Shown here: positions 29,522 through 38,367 of the stretch, one piece after another
How positions within the stretch are numbered: position 1 is the first letter of the stretch
How the letters are laid out: each line of letters starts with the position of its first letter
DNA from: Candidatus Bathyarchaeia archaeon
GTDB lineage: Archaea > Thermoproteota > Bathyarchaeia > Bathyarchaeales > Bathycorpusculaceae
Direction: 5' to 3'
Assembly: GCA_050010755.1 (NCBI GenBank)
Contig: JBEKKK010000001.1
Span: forward strand, 96,001 to 160,000
Length of the DNA: 64,000 nt
The notes under the pieces: model-generated
Databases searched by the model: none
Told to the model about the DNA's origin: nothing
Seen by the model: the letters and a program-made list of their open reading frames with translations, nothing else
Program-made: the position numbers and the translations under genes

Positions 29522-30348
29522 ATGTCCTTCCTTCTTACTTGATCAGAGGAGTGTTCTTTCAGATTTATGGGTTTGTTGCTCGCCGTGAAGTTCTTGCACA
29601 ATCTTTCTATGGCGACTAAAGCCTTTGAAGTCTCGTGCTTGAGCGGGGTCTCGCCTCGCATTTCTGCATCCATGATGGCTTCGTCGAATGGAATGAAGTC
29701 AAGAACCCTCAGGCCGTTCTCTTTTGCATATTTTTCGATGACGTCTTTTTGATTTTCATTGGCAATCTTGTTTCCGATTAGAAAAACCTGTTTCATTCCA
29801 GCGTCAGCCGCGAGTGCATGAATGTGGTTGGCAACTTCCAAGGATTTGCTGTTTGCGTCCGTAACGATGAGCATGTAATCTACCTGCCGCGCTGTCCCTC
29901 TGCCCATGTGTTCGCAGCCTGCTTCCATGTCAAGGATGACAGCCTCGTCCCTCTCCACAACCAAGTAGCGCATCAATGCCCGCACAAGCGCGTTGGCGGG
30001 ACAGGTGCATCCCGAGCCCATCGACTGCACTGTTCCCATCACAATCAAGTTAACTCCAAAGGGAGTCTTCACCGAGAAGTCGCGAACAACGTCATCCACG
30101 CTGAAAGACAGGCGAAAAACGCCCGAATATCCAGTGTTCGTTTTAGACTCGATAAGGCTCTTGTTCTCGGAGAGCGGCACGATTTTGCGCGCTTCTTCTG
30201 CAGATAGGCCCAAAGTTAAGGCTAGGTTCGGCGAAGAATCAGCGTCAATCGCTATGGTGCTCAATCCCTTTCTGGCAAGGAAGAACGCTAAGCCTCCAGC
30301 CAGCAGGGTCTTTCCGACACCTCCCTTGCCCGCAACTGAAATCTTCAG
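29518..30348 (-). CDS. cooC: CooC/AcsF-like nickel-insertion ATPase (apparent CTG start)
   Basis: Frame extends 28 codons upstream of the ORF-track start to include KISVAGKGGVGKT; DAD..PNL, GCTCP, DMEAG.EH.GRG. Confidence 0.88.
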   Translation of the reverse strand: MKISVAGKGGVGKTLLAGGLAFFLARKGLSTIAIDADSSPNLALTLGLSAEEARKIVPLSENKSLIESKTNTGYSGVFRLSFSVDDVVRDFSVKTPFGVNLIVMGTVQSMGSGCTCPANALVRALMRYLVVERDEAVILDMEAGCEHMGRGTARQVDYMLIVTDANSKSLEVANHIHALAADAGMKQVFLIGNKIANENQKDVIEKYAKENGLRVLDFIPFDEAIMDAEMRGETPLKHETSKALVAIERLCKNFTASNKPINLKEHSSDQVRRKDI

Positions 30349-30565
30349 CTTACAATCCCACCAAATTCATCTAATCAAATAGACGGAGCAGCTTCCTATT
30401 ACGTTTTCTCAGGCGGGATGCCGAACTTTGTGCATGTTTTGTCATGAATTGTTCGTCTAGAGGATTGATTGTTATTCAGAATTCATAACTCTTTTACTGT
30501 CCTTGCCGCACCTTTCTTTGTTGCGCAAATACGCTTGCGCATGGTTCATGCTGAGGCGTTAAAAC

Positions 30566-30964
30566 TTGTCAGAAGCGGCGAGGATTGCACTTCTTCAAGA
30601 AATGATGAAAGATGCGAAGCGAAACGAGAGAGGCGGCCTTTTAGCCTGCCTCGTCGGTGTGATTGTATCGGCCGCGGGTTTTTCAACTCTTCCGCTCGCA
30701 AGAAACTCTCTTGAGCTAGGGGTTGTGGGGCTGCTGATTGCTGCGGTCGGGTTCGTTGTGTACCTCCATTACGCAGGTGTATACTCTAAATTCGTCGGCC
30801 AATTGGCGAAGATTGCATTCAAGAGTGCCGAGCCGTGTCCGCAATGTGGGAAAGAACTGCCAGAAGGCGAATTTGGTTTTTGTCCTTACTGCGGAACATC
30901 TCTCAAACACGAGGGCGTCATACAACAAGAGTTGTTAGAAAGAAACGAGACCCCGTTGCCTTGA
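30566..30964 (+). CDS. Two-TM membrane protein with zinc-ribbon domain
   Basis: Two hydrophobic helices followed by CPQCG...FCPYCG. Confidence 0.75.
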   Translation: MSEAARIALLQEMMKDAKRNERGGLLACLVGVIVSAAGFSTLPLARNSLELGVVGLLIAAVGFVVYLHYAGVYSKFVGQLAKIAFKSAEPCPQCGKELPEGEFGFCPYCGTSLKHEGVIQQELLERNETPLP

Positions 30965-31027
30965 TTCTTGCGCCTGCCAAGAGAAAGTGTCAAATATAAA
31001 AAGGAATGCGCGCTTGGGAAAGTGCTT

Positions 31028-31222
31028 CTATATTTCTCGGATTTCGCATTGGAGTTTCTTGATTATTTCCTCAGCCTTCAAAGGCTCGATTTTCAGGGTG
31101 AAAAGTCTGCCCGGAGTTCGAAGCTTCAGTTTTACGGCGCCTTGCAACCTTTTCACTGCACAATATTCAGCGTGACCACTGATTTCGACGAATCTTTCAG
31201 TATCGAAAATTTCTGAAGGCAT
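31028..31222 (-). CDS. rpl38e: 50S ribosomal protein eL38
   Basis: MP.EI...E.F.E....A....VKR.....KLKLRT...L.TL......A..I pattern of L38e; 64 aa; GGTGA SD. Confidence 0.75.
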   Translation of the reverse strand: MPSEIFDTERFVEISGHAEYCAVKRLQGAVKLKLRTPGRLFTLKIEPLKAEEIIKKLQCEIREI

Positions 31223-31419
31223 CGCATTTCACCGCTCGTTCAGCCCACTCATGGTTCATGCTCAAGTTCTTATCTGTTTTGGTGACGCGGCCGAACGGAG
31301 AACGCGCTGCCTTGCCTTTTGAAACGAGAAGAAAGGAAACCAAGTGAAGTAAGCGTTAAAAGCTATAAAGAACTAATGCAATGTTGAGATTAACCGCGAA
31401 GCCGGGGCTGTGAGGCAAA

Positions 31420-31857
31420 ATAGGCATATTTAATCCGAGTGCGCCCTTTCTTTCAGACTTGAACCTGATACTTCAAATTGTCATCCTCGGCATCCTCGGC
31501 ATGGCAGTATACGCTAGGCTCAGGCATAGCACGGTGAAACATGCCGCGCTGATGGGCAGCGCAATCGGACTACACACTGTGGCGATAGGAGCCATAATGG
31601 TTCCCTCCTTGCTGAGCCTGGGCACCCTGTTGAGCAAGCTGATGACTAGTTTTGCCTGGTTAACGATAGTGCATGCTACTCTAGGAAGCATCGTAGAAAT
31701 ATTGGGGATATGGTTAGTGGCAACGTGGCTTTCGAACACGAAAAACGTTGAAAAATGCTTCAAAAGAAAGAACTTTATGAGAGTCACCATAGCCCTTTGG
31801 CTTACAGAACTGATTCTAGGCATCTTCGTTTACATGATGCTATATCTCCCCGCCTAG
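31420..31857 (+). CDS. Four-TM membrane protein (DUF420-like)
   Basis: Four hydrophobic helices with His residues (KH..LM, MVPS, HATLG); ORF track starts at TTG 31459 but frame is open to ATA 31420. Confidence 0.7.
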   Translation: MGIFNPSAPFLSDLNLILQIVILGILGMAVYARLRHSTVKHAALMGSAIGLHTVAIGAIMVPSLLSLGTLLSKLMTSFAWLTIVHATLGSIVEILGIWLVATWLSNTKNVEKCFKRKNFMRVTIALWLTELILGIFVYMMLYLPA

Positions 31858-31976
31858 CCGCGTCGCGGCCAAAGCGCACATACCTATTCCGAAATCGAGT
31901 CAAAAACAGCATGTATTCTTCCTCTGACATCGCGGCTCTTGCACGGGCTTGCCATAAAGACTAATCCCTGCACACC

Positions 31977-32413
31977 CAACGTGAAAACTTACGAAACAAC
32001 ATTACAAAGCAACATCACAATGCAACATTACAACTGACCTCACAAACAAACAGAAAAAGTCAGCCGTAAGGCACAGTCAAGCCTGTTTTCAACATCGTTT
32101 GTCACAAAACGACATTACAATTAACCTCACAAACGCAGAGGCGGGGGGCGAAAAGCAACATGGACACATATGTGTGTTCATTACATTTCAACATTACATC
32201 TGATGTGTGTGAAAAAAAGGGAGGGCACCGTTTACCATTGAAATCTGACATAACCCCAGGTTGTAAACCCGAAGAAAATGGCCGAACTCAACTCCCGCCA
32301 GGACCAAGTTTCAGCTTGCTTCGGGACGGGCACTGGCAACATGGAAAACTTACACTGCAACATTACACAGCAACATTACATCTGATGTAAAGAAAAAAAG
32401 GGGAGGGGGCCGA
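31977..32413 (+). repeat. Array of an unclassified ~75-bp non-coding repeat (3 copies at 180-bp pitch plus 1 partial)
   Basis: CAAC(A/G)TG at 31977, 32157 and 32337, each followed by CAACATTACA-like units at 13-bp period and, in the last two, an A-run/G-run tail; partial copy at ~32090-32150. Confidence 0.85.
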
Positions 32414-32479
32414 TCGCACAACTCGCAGGCTTGCATTCTACGAAGCTTTCCCTAAAAGGCAAATTCGAAAACTTGTGAT

Positions 32480-33274
32480 TCAGAAAAATCTCGCTAACAG
32501 GCTACTCACCGAGGGAATGTGCACGAAAATTCGAACGTAAATAGCTGAGGCCAGGACTCCGAGTGTGATGGCCATCATGACAGCATCCCCTCTGTGCAAT
32601 CTCAGCACATACAGGTTGGTACGTTTCTTAGTCGCTCCCCAAGCACGCGACTCCATGGCCTCAGCAAGTTCCAGACTCCTTCGAATCGCACTCACAATCA
32701 GAGGGATAAGAATCGGAATGTAATTCCTAATCCTTTTCAGAAAGTTCCCTTTCTCAAGCTCCAACCCCCTCGCCTTCTGCGCGTCCATAATCGTTTCAGC
32801 CTCTTCCGCCAAAACTGGAACAAAACGCACCGCCGTCGTGAAAGCAAAAACGAACTCGTACGGCACATGTGTCTGTTCCATGGCGAGACCCAAGTGATCC
32901 GGCGAAGTTGTAAGAAAGAAAATGGAAAACGACTCCACCAACACGACGAAACGCAAGGTCAAAGCTGTAGCCGACTCGACTATGCTAGACGTGAGCACGT
33001 AATGATTGCCGAAAAAGCTGAAAACCAGATTGGTCAAAAAGATTACCGCGGCAAGAAACGCTCCTCCACGCATCGAACGAAGCCATTCCCGCCTCACCCC
33101 GGCCAGAAGGACAAACGGAATTTGAAAGAGAAAAAGCGCTATCAAAGGCAAAAGTTGCCAAAACGTTATCGCAACCCCAAATATCACGCAAACATAAACG
33201 AACTTTATCCTCGGGTCCAAGTTATGTATAGGCGAGAAGACCTTGCGAAACTTGAGCCCTTCGAAAACGCTCAT
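32480..33274 (-). CDS. ecfT: ECF transporter transmembrane component
   Basis: IHNLDPR.K, RFVP, AQKARG, AMESR motifs. Confidence 0.93.
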   Translation of the reverse strand: MSVFEGLKFRKVFSPIHNLDPRIKFVYVCVIFGVAITFWQLLPLIALFLFQIPFVLLAGVRREWLRSMRGGAFLAAVIFLTNLVFSFFGNHYVLTSSIVESATALTLRFVVLVESFSIFFLTTSPDHLGLAMEQTHVPYEFVFAFTTAVRFVPVLAEEAETIMDAQKARGLELEKGNFLKRIRNYIPILIPLIVSAIRRSLELAEAMESRAWGATKKRTNLYVLRLHRGDAVMMAITLGVLASAIYVRIFVHIPSVSSLLARFF

Positions 33275-34095
33275 CCTTCGCGTTTCCCCAGCATTCCAAG
33301 CAGAATTCTCTGCGCCTCATAAATGTCAATAACGTCCTCGCAGACATTCATTCCGCGAAGCTGAATGAATATCTGAGCCACCTGCGGAGGCACAATCGAC
33401 GCCTGCATCAGAGTGTACTCCTCCGTGAGAATCTTTCTCGCCTCGCCATCAGCAATGATTCTTCCCTCACGCATCAACAGAACCCTCGGGTTGCACTCAG
33501 CCACAAACTCAACATCATGCGTCACCACGATGACGGTTTTCTTCTGTGTATGCATCTGAAGAATGAACTGTCGAAGCTTCTCCTTTTGCTCATAATCCTG
33601 CCCTATAGTCGGTTCGTCCAGTATCAGCATCGCCGGATCCCAAGCCAACACCGAAGCCAAAGCCACACGCTTCCTTTCTCCACCGCTGAGCAAGAACGGA
33701 GAAGTCTTCCTGTACTGCGTCAACCCCAAAAGATTCAGAGCCCAAGTCACCCTGCTTTCAATGACGTCCTCACCGAAACCGAAGTTTCTCAGTGCAAAGG
33801 CTATTTCTGCCTCCACTGTCTCGCTGAACAGCTGATTGTCCGGATTTTGAAAAACGAACCCAACGTTTCTGGAAAGAGCCGCCACGCTCACCTTTGTCGT
33901 ATCCACCCCGTCAACGAGCACCTGTCCAGCGGATGGTTTGAGCAGACCGTTGAAATGTTTTACCAACGTCGTTTTTCCTGCTCCGTTCTGACCCATTATA
34001 GCTACAAACTCGCCTTCCTGGACGGTCAGGCGTATTTCCTTCAAAGCCTCCACGTTGTTCGGATACCTAAAATAAACATCCTTGACCTCTATCAT
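33271..34095 (-). CDS. ecfA: ECF transporter ATPase
   Basis: GQNGAGKT, FQNPDNQ, LSGGE, LDEPT. Confidence 0.93.
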   Translation of the reverse strand: MIEVKDVYFRYPNNVEALKEIRLTVQEGEFVAIMGQNGAGKTTLVKHFNGLLKPSAGQVLVDGVDTTKVSVAALSRNVGFVFQNPDNQLFSETVEAEIAFALRNFGFGEDVIESRVTWALNLLGLTQYRKTSPFLLSGGERKRVALASVLAWDPAMLILDEPTIGQDYEQKEKLRQFILQMHTQKKTVIVVTHDVEFVAECNPRVLLMREGRIIADGEARKILTEEYTLMQASIVPPQVAQIFIQLRGMNVCEDVIDIYEAQRILLGMLGKREG

Positions 34096-34943
34096 CGGCC
34101 TCCCAGACCCTCCTTAATCAAAGCTGCCATCTCATCCGAAGACAAGGGGACCACATCGCCAAGTTTGACTCCGTCCTTCAGGAGCATCTGGTAAAGCCTC
34201 GTTGCTTTCGGAATTCCGACGCCGACAAGCCGAGCTTCTTCAGATCTCAGAATCTCGTGCGGATCGCCGTCTAAGAGAATCTTTCCCTGATCCATCACGA
34301 TTATATGATCTGCGTACTTGGCCGTCAAGTCGAGTCTGTGCTCCACGAGTACGACAGTGATACCGAGGTTTCTGTTCAAATCGTGAATCACCTCGAATAT
34401 TCTTCTCGCCGTCAGGGGGTCAAGGAAAGAAGTCGGCTCATCAAGAACAATCACCTGAGGCTTCATCGCCAGAACTGAGGCAATGGCCACGCGTTGCTGC
34501 TGTCCACCCGAGAGTTCATGAGGTGCTCTTTCCCTCAGATCATTGATGCCGGTAAGCTGTAGCGCCCAGTCAACGGTTTTGCGCATCTCTTCTCTTGAAA
34601 CGCCCAAGTTTTCAAGCCCAAAAGCCACGTCCTTTTCCACAGACAGTGCAAAAAGTTGATTCTCAGGATTTTGAAAAACTAAACCCACACGTTGCGCCAG
34701 TTCGTACGTTGGGTGTTCCTTGACATTCAGCCCCGCGACGGTTAATTCACCCTTCATTTCACCCTGATAAAAATGAGGAATCAACCCGTTGAAGCATCTG
34801 CAAAGCGTCGTTTTTCCGCATCCGCTGGGCCCTGTGATGAGGACGAACTCACCTCTGTCTACGCTTAAGGAAACATCATTGATTGATTGCCTTGTGCCGC
34901 CTGGATACGTATACGTTAGATTGGTCGTTTCAATTATCGCCAT
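34092..34943 (-). CDS. ecfA: ECF transporter ATPase
   Basis: GPSGCGKT, FQNPENQ, LSGGQQQR, LDEPT. Confidence 0.93.
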   Translation of the reverse strand: MAIIETTNLTYTYPGGTRQSINDVSLSVDRGEFVLITGPSGCGKTTLCRCFNGLIPHFYQGEMKGELTVAGLNVKEHPTYELAQRVGLVFQNPENQLFALSVEKDVAFGLENLGVSREEMRKTVDWALQLTGINDLRERAPHELSGGQQQRVAIASVLAMKPQVIVLDEPTSFLDPLTARRIFEVIHDLNRNLGITVVLVEHRLDLTAKYADHIIVMDQGKILLDGDPHEILRSEEARLVGVGIPKATRLYQMLLKDGVKLGDVVPLSSDEMAALIKEGLGGR

Positions 34944-34998
34944 GCTGACAGTGCCTGCCCACTTGAAGCGGGCTTTCGGCTCATTTAAGAGTAACTAC

Positions 34999-35994
34999 CT
35001 AATTATGATTACCCAGTTTTTCCTTCAGAAGCCACAGACACCGTTTGAGCCCGAGTTCTATGTCGCCTTTCCCGTTAACTCCCGCCGCCGTGGCATGCCC
35101 CCCGCCCATGCCGTGAAGGTATTCACCCAAAGGCTTCGCCACGTCCTTTCCGAGGTGAACATCAGTTTTTTTATAGAAATCCATTGAGCTACGCAAGCTT
35201 ATTTCCAGGTTTCCATCTCTCTCTCCTGCCACGGCGGCAACGTGAGCCCCCAGCTCAATCATCGCCCGCGCGGCGGAAGCCTCGTAAGCGCTGACGTGTG
35301 ACAAAGCGATTATCCATTCTCCCACTCTGAAGAGTTTGGTTCTCCGGCAAGCCTTAAGCCTCGCAACGCGTTCAGAGAAATCCATTGGCAACGAGAGCAA
35401 CGAAAGGGTCTCTTGAGCGTTAACGCCAGCATCGATGAGTCCCACGATACTCTTCAACGTGGACGAGTTTGCTAAGATGAAATGTCGCGTGTCAAAAGCT
35501 ATGCCTAAAAACAGGGCCTTGGCCTCGTTCTCGCCTGGTTTTATTCCAGTTTGCCTGTAGAAATCGTACACGATCTCGCACGTGGATGATGCCGTTTCAT
35601 CTGTTATAGAAATCTTCGCCAGCCCCTCAGTGTCGGGGTGAACGACGTGATGATCAACAACGATGATTGGAGCCTTCGAAGTCCTAACCGTGTCAGCCAA
35701 ATCATCTAGCTGCTGAACGGTGTTCGTGTCAAGCAGCACGATCGCCTGTGCTTTTTCTACACTGGGTTGTGTTCTCACTTCTACGGGCAAGTGGCTGAGG
35801 AGATGTTTTGAAAGTCGACTTATTCCATGTGCTGCCCCAATCTCAACCGTTATTTGTGGCCGTGACTGTTTCAGCAAGCTTGAAAACGCATATGCCGAAC
35901 AGATTGCGTCTGGATCCGCATTATGGTGGCACAGCAGGACAACAAACTCGGCGTCAACAGAGTCTAAAAGCTTGATTATTTCTGTGAATGACAC
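34999..35994 (-). CDS. DHH-family phosphoesterase
   Basis: H.NADPDA, DT, DHH, SSTCE, GGGH..AAG. Confidence 0.92.
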   Translation of the reverse strand: MSFTEIIKLLDSVDAEFVVLLCHHNADPDAICSAYAFSSLLKQSRPQITVEIGAAHGISRLSKHLLSHLPVEVRTQPSVEKAQAIVLLDTNTVQQLDDLADTVRTSKAPIIVVDHHVVHPDTEGLAKISITDETASSTCEIVYDFYRQTGIKPGENEAKALFLGIAFDTRHFILANSSTLKSIVGLIDAGVNAQETLSLLSLPMDFSERVARLKACRRTKLFRVGEWIIALSHVSAYEASAARAMIELGAHVAAVAGERDGNLEISLRSSMDFYKKTDVHLGKDVAKPLGEYLHGMGGGHATAAGVNGKGDIELGLKRCLWLLKEKLGNHN

Positions 35995-36287
35995 GCTATT
36001 TCCCTCAAGTGTTTTTCAGCGGATATGAAAGCTTCTCTCACAGCCTCGTCGGCAAGCTTCTGCACGTCGAAGTCTCTCATCGAGGGAGATAACGTGACGG
36101 CCACATCAACCTTCAACGCCACAGGTTTTGCACCCTCTGCTTCGGCGCTGATGTCGAGTGTTTCTATCTTTTTTGAAGGGATTTTCGACAGAATGTGTTC
36201 TCTCGCCGCTTTCTCCGCAATCAGACACAGCTTCTCAATCTGTTCACTGCTTAACTCTGGTATTCCCAGCGCTTCCATAATCCCCAC
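35976..36287 (-). CDS. DUF3194-family protein
   Basis: GIPELS.EQ....C..AE motif, acidic ~100 aa, conserved position after prefoldin beta. Confidence 0.75.
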   Translation of the reverse strand: MGIMEALGIPELSSEQIEKLCLIAEKAAREHILSKIPSKKIETLDISAEAEGAKPVALKVDVAVTLSPSMRDFDVQKLADEAVREAFISAEKHLREIACHSQK

Positions 36288-36301
36288 TTAGAAGCGATAA
36301 T

Positions 36302-36673
36302 TTACTCGGACGGAGGAGAAACGGGGTTCAGGTCTTGTTGAAGCTTTGTCTGTACGTCTTTCAGTTGAGCGCGTAAACGCTCTTCTTGTTTTGTCAGAAT
36401 CGTGGACCTTGTGTTGAGCAGATCCTTTCTTTCAGTCAATTCGGTGATTACTTTCGGCCGTTCAGACCTCATCAGCAAAGTGCCGGCAGATTTGTAAATC
36501 ACCGCGTCGTCAGTCATTTTTTGCAGTTCATTCAAGGCTTGATCGATTTCGGTTGCTTCAAGCTCCACCTGCTGCTTTTGCCCAAGAATTGATTGAAGCG
36601 TTTGCTGGAGCTGTTGAAGTCTGAGTAAACGTTCTTGAACCGGCTGCGGCAGCTGCGAAATCTCGTCACTCAC
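36302..36673 (-). CDS. pfdB: Prefoldin beta subunit
   Basis: LP..VQ..L..LQQLQQ coiled coil, IYKSAG.LL hairpin; start set at GTG 36673. Confidence 0.92.
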   Translation of the reverse strand: MSDEISQLPQPVQERLLRLQQLQQTLQSILGQKQQVELEATEIDQALNELQKMTDDAVIYKSAGTLLMRSERPKVITELTERKDLLNTRSTILTKQEERLRAQLKDVQTKLQQDLNPVSPPSE

Positions 36674-36922
36674 GTGGATCCTTCCATCTGCACAGCAATA
36701 AGCCGGGCTATTAATTAACATTTTCTCAAATGGTCAGTAAGCTCTCAATTTAAGCCGTTGCGTCTCGCGCCGCTGTGACTAATTATCTTTCCTTCTTAGG
36801 AAAATGCAGTTCTCGGGTTGCTTCACTCTGATAACCGACTAACGGTTTCTTCTGCTGGAAAATCGCACGGATTGAAAGCACGATAGATTTGCAGGGGCAC
36901 TCAAGTGGGGATTGGGCACCAT

Positions 36923-37201
36923 TCAAAGCTGTGATTTCATGGGTGCGTGCTCTTCTTCTCTTTCAAGAGTCTGAAACACGTTTAGAATTGAGTTTATCCA
37001 TCTCAAGTATGCGTTTATGGCTGCGCGTAGCGCAACCGTGTCTTTGGCTTCAACCTTTAGGAGTAGATAATCGCCTTCCCTGATCAGACTTGCTCGCGAA
37101 CGCGAGGTCGGGCTGTTAGTCTCTGGCTCTAGGGATGTGAGAATCGTCTGCAACTTTTGCTCTGACTGTAACTTTAGGCGTACGGTTGCTCCCGCTTTCA
37201 T
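36923..37201 (-). CDS. pcc1: KEOPS complex subunit Pcc1
   Basis: SLEPE, RS.A, A.D.VALRAA.N.YLRW. Confidence 0.9.
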   Translation of the reverse strand: MKAGATVRLKLQSEQKLQTILTSLEPETNSPTSRSRASLIREGDYLLLKVEAKDTVALRAAINAYLRWINSILNVFQTLEREEEHAPMKSQL

Positions 37202-37265
37202 TAGAACATTTCCAGAAAAACTGTTCGCAAGCTCAAGGTCAGCCTAAATTTCGCAAGAGAGAAGT

Positions 37266-37568
37266 TTAGGCGCTTTCTTCTTCCACTTTCTCCAACGTCT
37301 CTTCCGCTGGTGCGCCCTTGGCTGAGCGTTTTGCCACTATTCCGAGTTTTGTGATTGGGGTGTAGGCTCCGCCAGTGTATGTGAAACCGCATTTTCTGCA
37401 TTTCCAGATTCCGACGCTTTCTCTTTTAACTCTCGAAAAGCCGCATTGGGGGCACTTGTGAGGTTTCTTCATCTCTTGCATTACTTTGATGTAGCGTTTT
37501 CTGACGGTTGAACCGTAGCGGGGACCCAGCCCGCGAGTAGGCCCAACTTTTTTGGTTCTGTTCCCCAC
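37266..37568 (-). CDS. rpl37ae: 50S ribosomal protein eL43 (L37Ae)
   Basis: G.RYG..VRKR, CPQC..VKR.SVGIW.C.KC, GGAY.P. Confidence 0.96.
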   Translation of the reverse strand: MGNRTKKVGPTRGLGPRYGSTVRKRYIKVMQEMKKPHKCPQCGFSRVKRESVGIWKCRKCGFTYTGGAYTPITKLGIVAKRSAKGAPAEETLEKVEEESA

Positions 37569-37575
37569 CGCGTTT

Positions 37576-38367
37576 TCACCAGTTCAGTTTTTTCCGCATT
37601 TCCGTGGATTTTTCCTTAGCTATTCTTGCGGCTTCAAATACTTGTTTGGGTTCAAGGTATCCGCTTCCGCCTTTTTGAATGGCACATATGTTTTCGTCGT
37701 CGTCGAATGCGAATGAGATTCGGGCGTCCATGACTTGCTCTTCTTCCAGCCAAGGGTCGACGACGAGTTTGTCGCCTATTTTGGCGCAGGTGACCGTTAT
37801 GGGGTGTTTCTTTAGTGGAAGCTGCTCGTAGCCTGACTTCATCTTCACTTCTTCATCCTCGACTTCGTACTTACCCATTTTCGTGTTAATCAGTGCAGCC
37901 ATCGCGGCCAGCGCTGAGGCGTCTATCAAATTTCCGTCATGATTCAGGACGTAGACGTCAACGAATACGACGAAAACCTTCTTCCCAGGTATGACGCAGA
38001 GTTTTTCCATATCGATTGCTTTGGACTCTCTGATTCCCCTATCGACTACTCTCGCGAGCTCTATCGAACTTTCGTCTGGGGGTCCCGGTTCAAAGCCCGG
38101 CGACGCAAGCGGTACGAGTTCTGCGTTCACGGTCAAGACGGCCTCGTTCGGCGTATCCGAGAATGGCTCGCCCGTCTCGATTTTCACTCCGACGACGACC
38201 TCGGTTTTTCCAAGAAGCACCCTTGCCGAACCCTCGGCTTTTTCAATTATGCCCTGTTCGATTTTTATTTCGCGATAGTCTGTCAATTCTCTGCCGTCTA
38301 AGCGTTTTCCCTTTTCTATCAACTGCGCAATCTGTTTTTGTTTCACTTTCGTGATTACTGCTGCCAT
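37576..38367 (-). CDS. rrp42: Exosome complex component Rrp42
   Basis: G.RLDGR...YR, AEGSA.V.LG.T, ELARVVDRGIRES, DGNL.DA, IQKGG. Confidence 0.95.
   Translation of the reverse strand: MAAVITKVKQKQIAQLIEKGKRLDGRELTDYREIKIEQGIIEKAEGSARVLLGKTEVVVGVKIETGEPFSDTPNEAVLTVNAELVPLASPGFEPGPPDESSIELARVVDRGIRESKAIDMEKLCVIPGKKVFVVFVDVYVLNHDGNLIDASALAAMAALINTKMGKYEVEDEEVKMKSGYEQLPLKKHPITVTCAKIGDKLVVDPWLEEEQVMDARISFAFDDDENICAIQKGGSGYLEPKQVFEAARIAKEKSTEMRKKLNW

Noticed and set aside
32160-32390. Repeat copies read as small peptides (MDTYVCSLHFNITSDVCEKKGG; MEIYAYTLQCNITIDVKKKRGG), including ORFs 32160-32390 and 43918-44220
   Set aside because: Shared frame follows from conserved nucleotide spacing; the 13-bp unit is not a codon multiple, the 32337 copy is frameshifted, and sequence after GG is unrelated between copies
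31977-32413. CRISPR array interpretation of the repeat cluster
   Set aside because: Repeat ~75 bp and degenerate, spacers ~105 bp and partly homologous between loci, no cas genes or leader in the window
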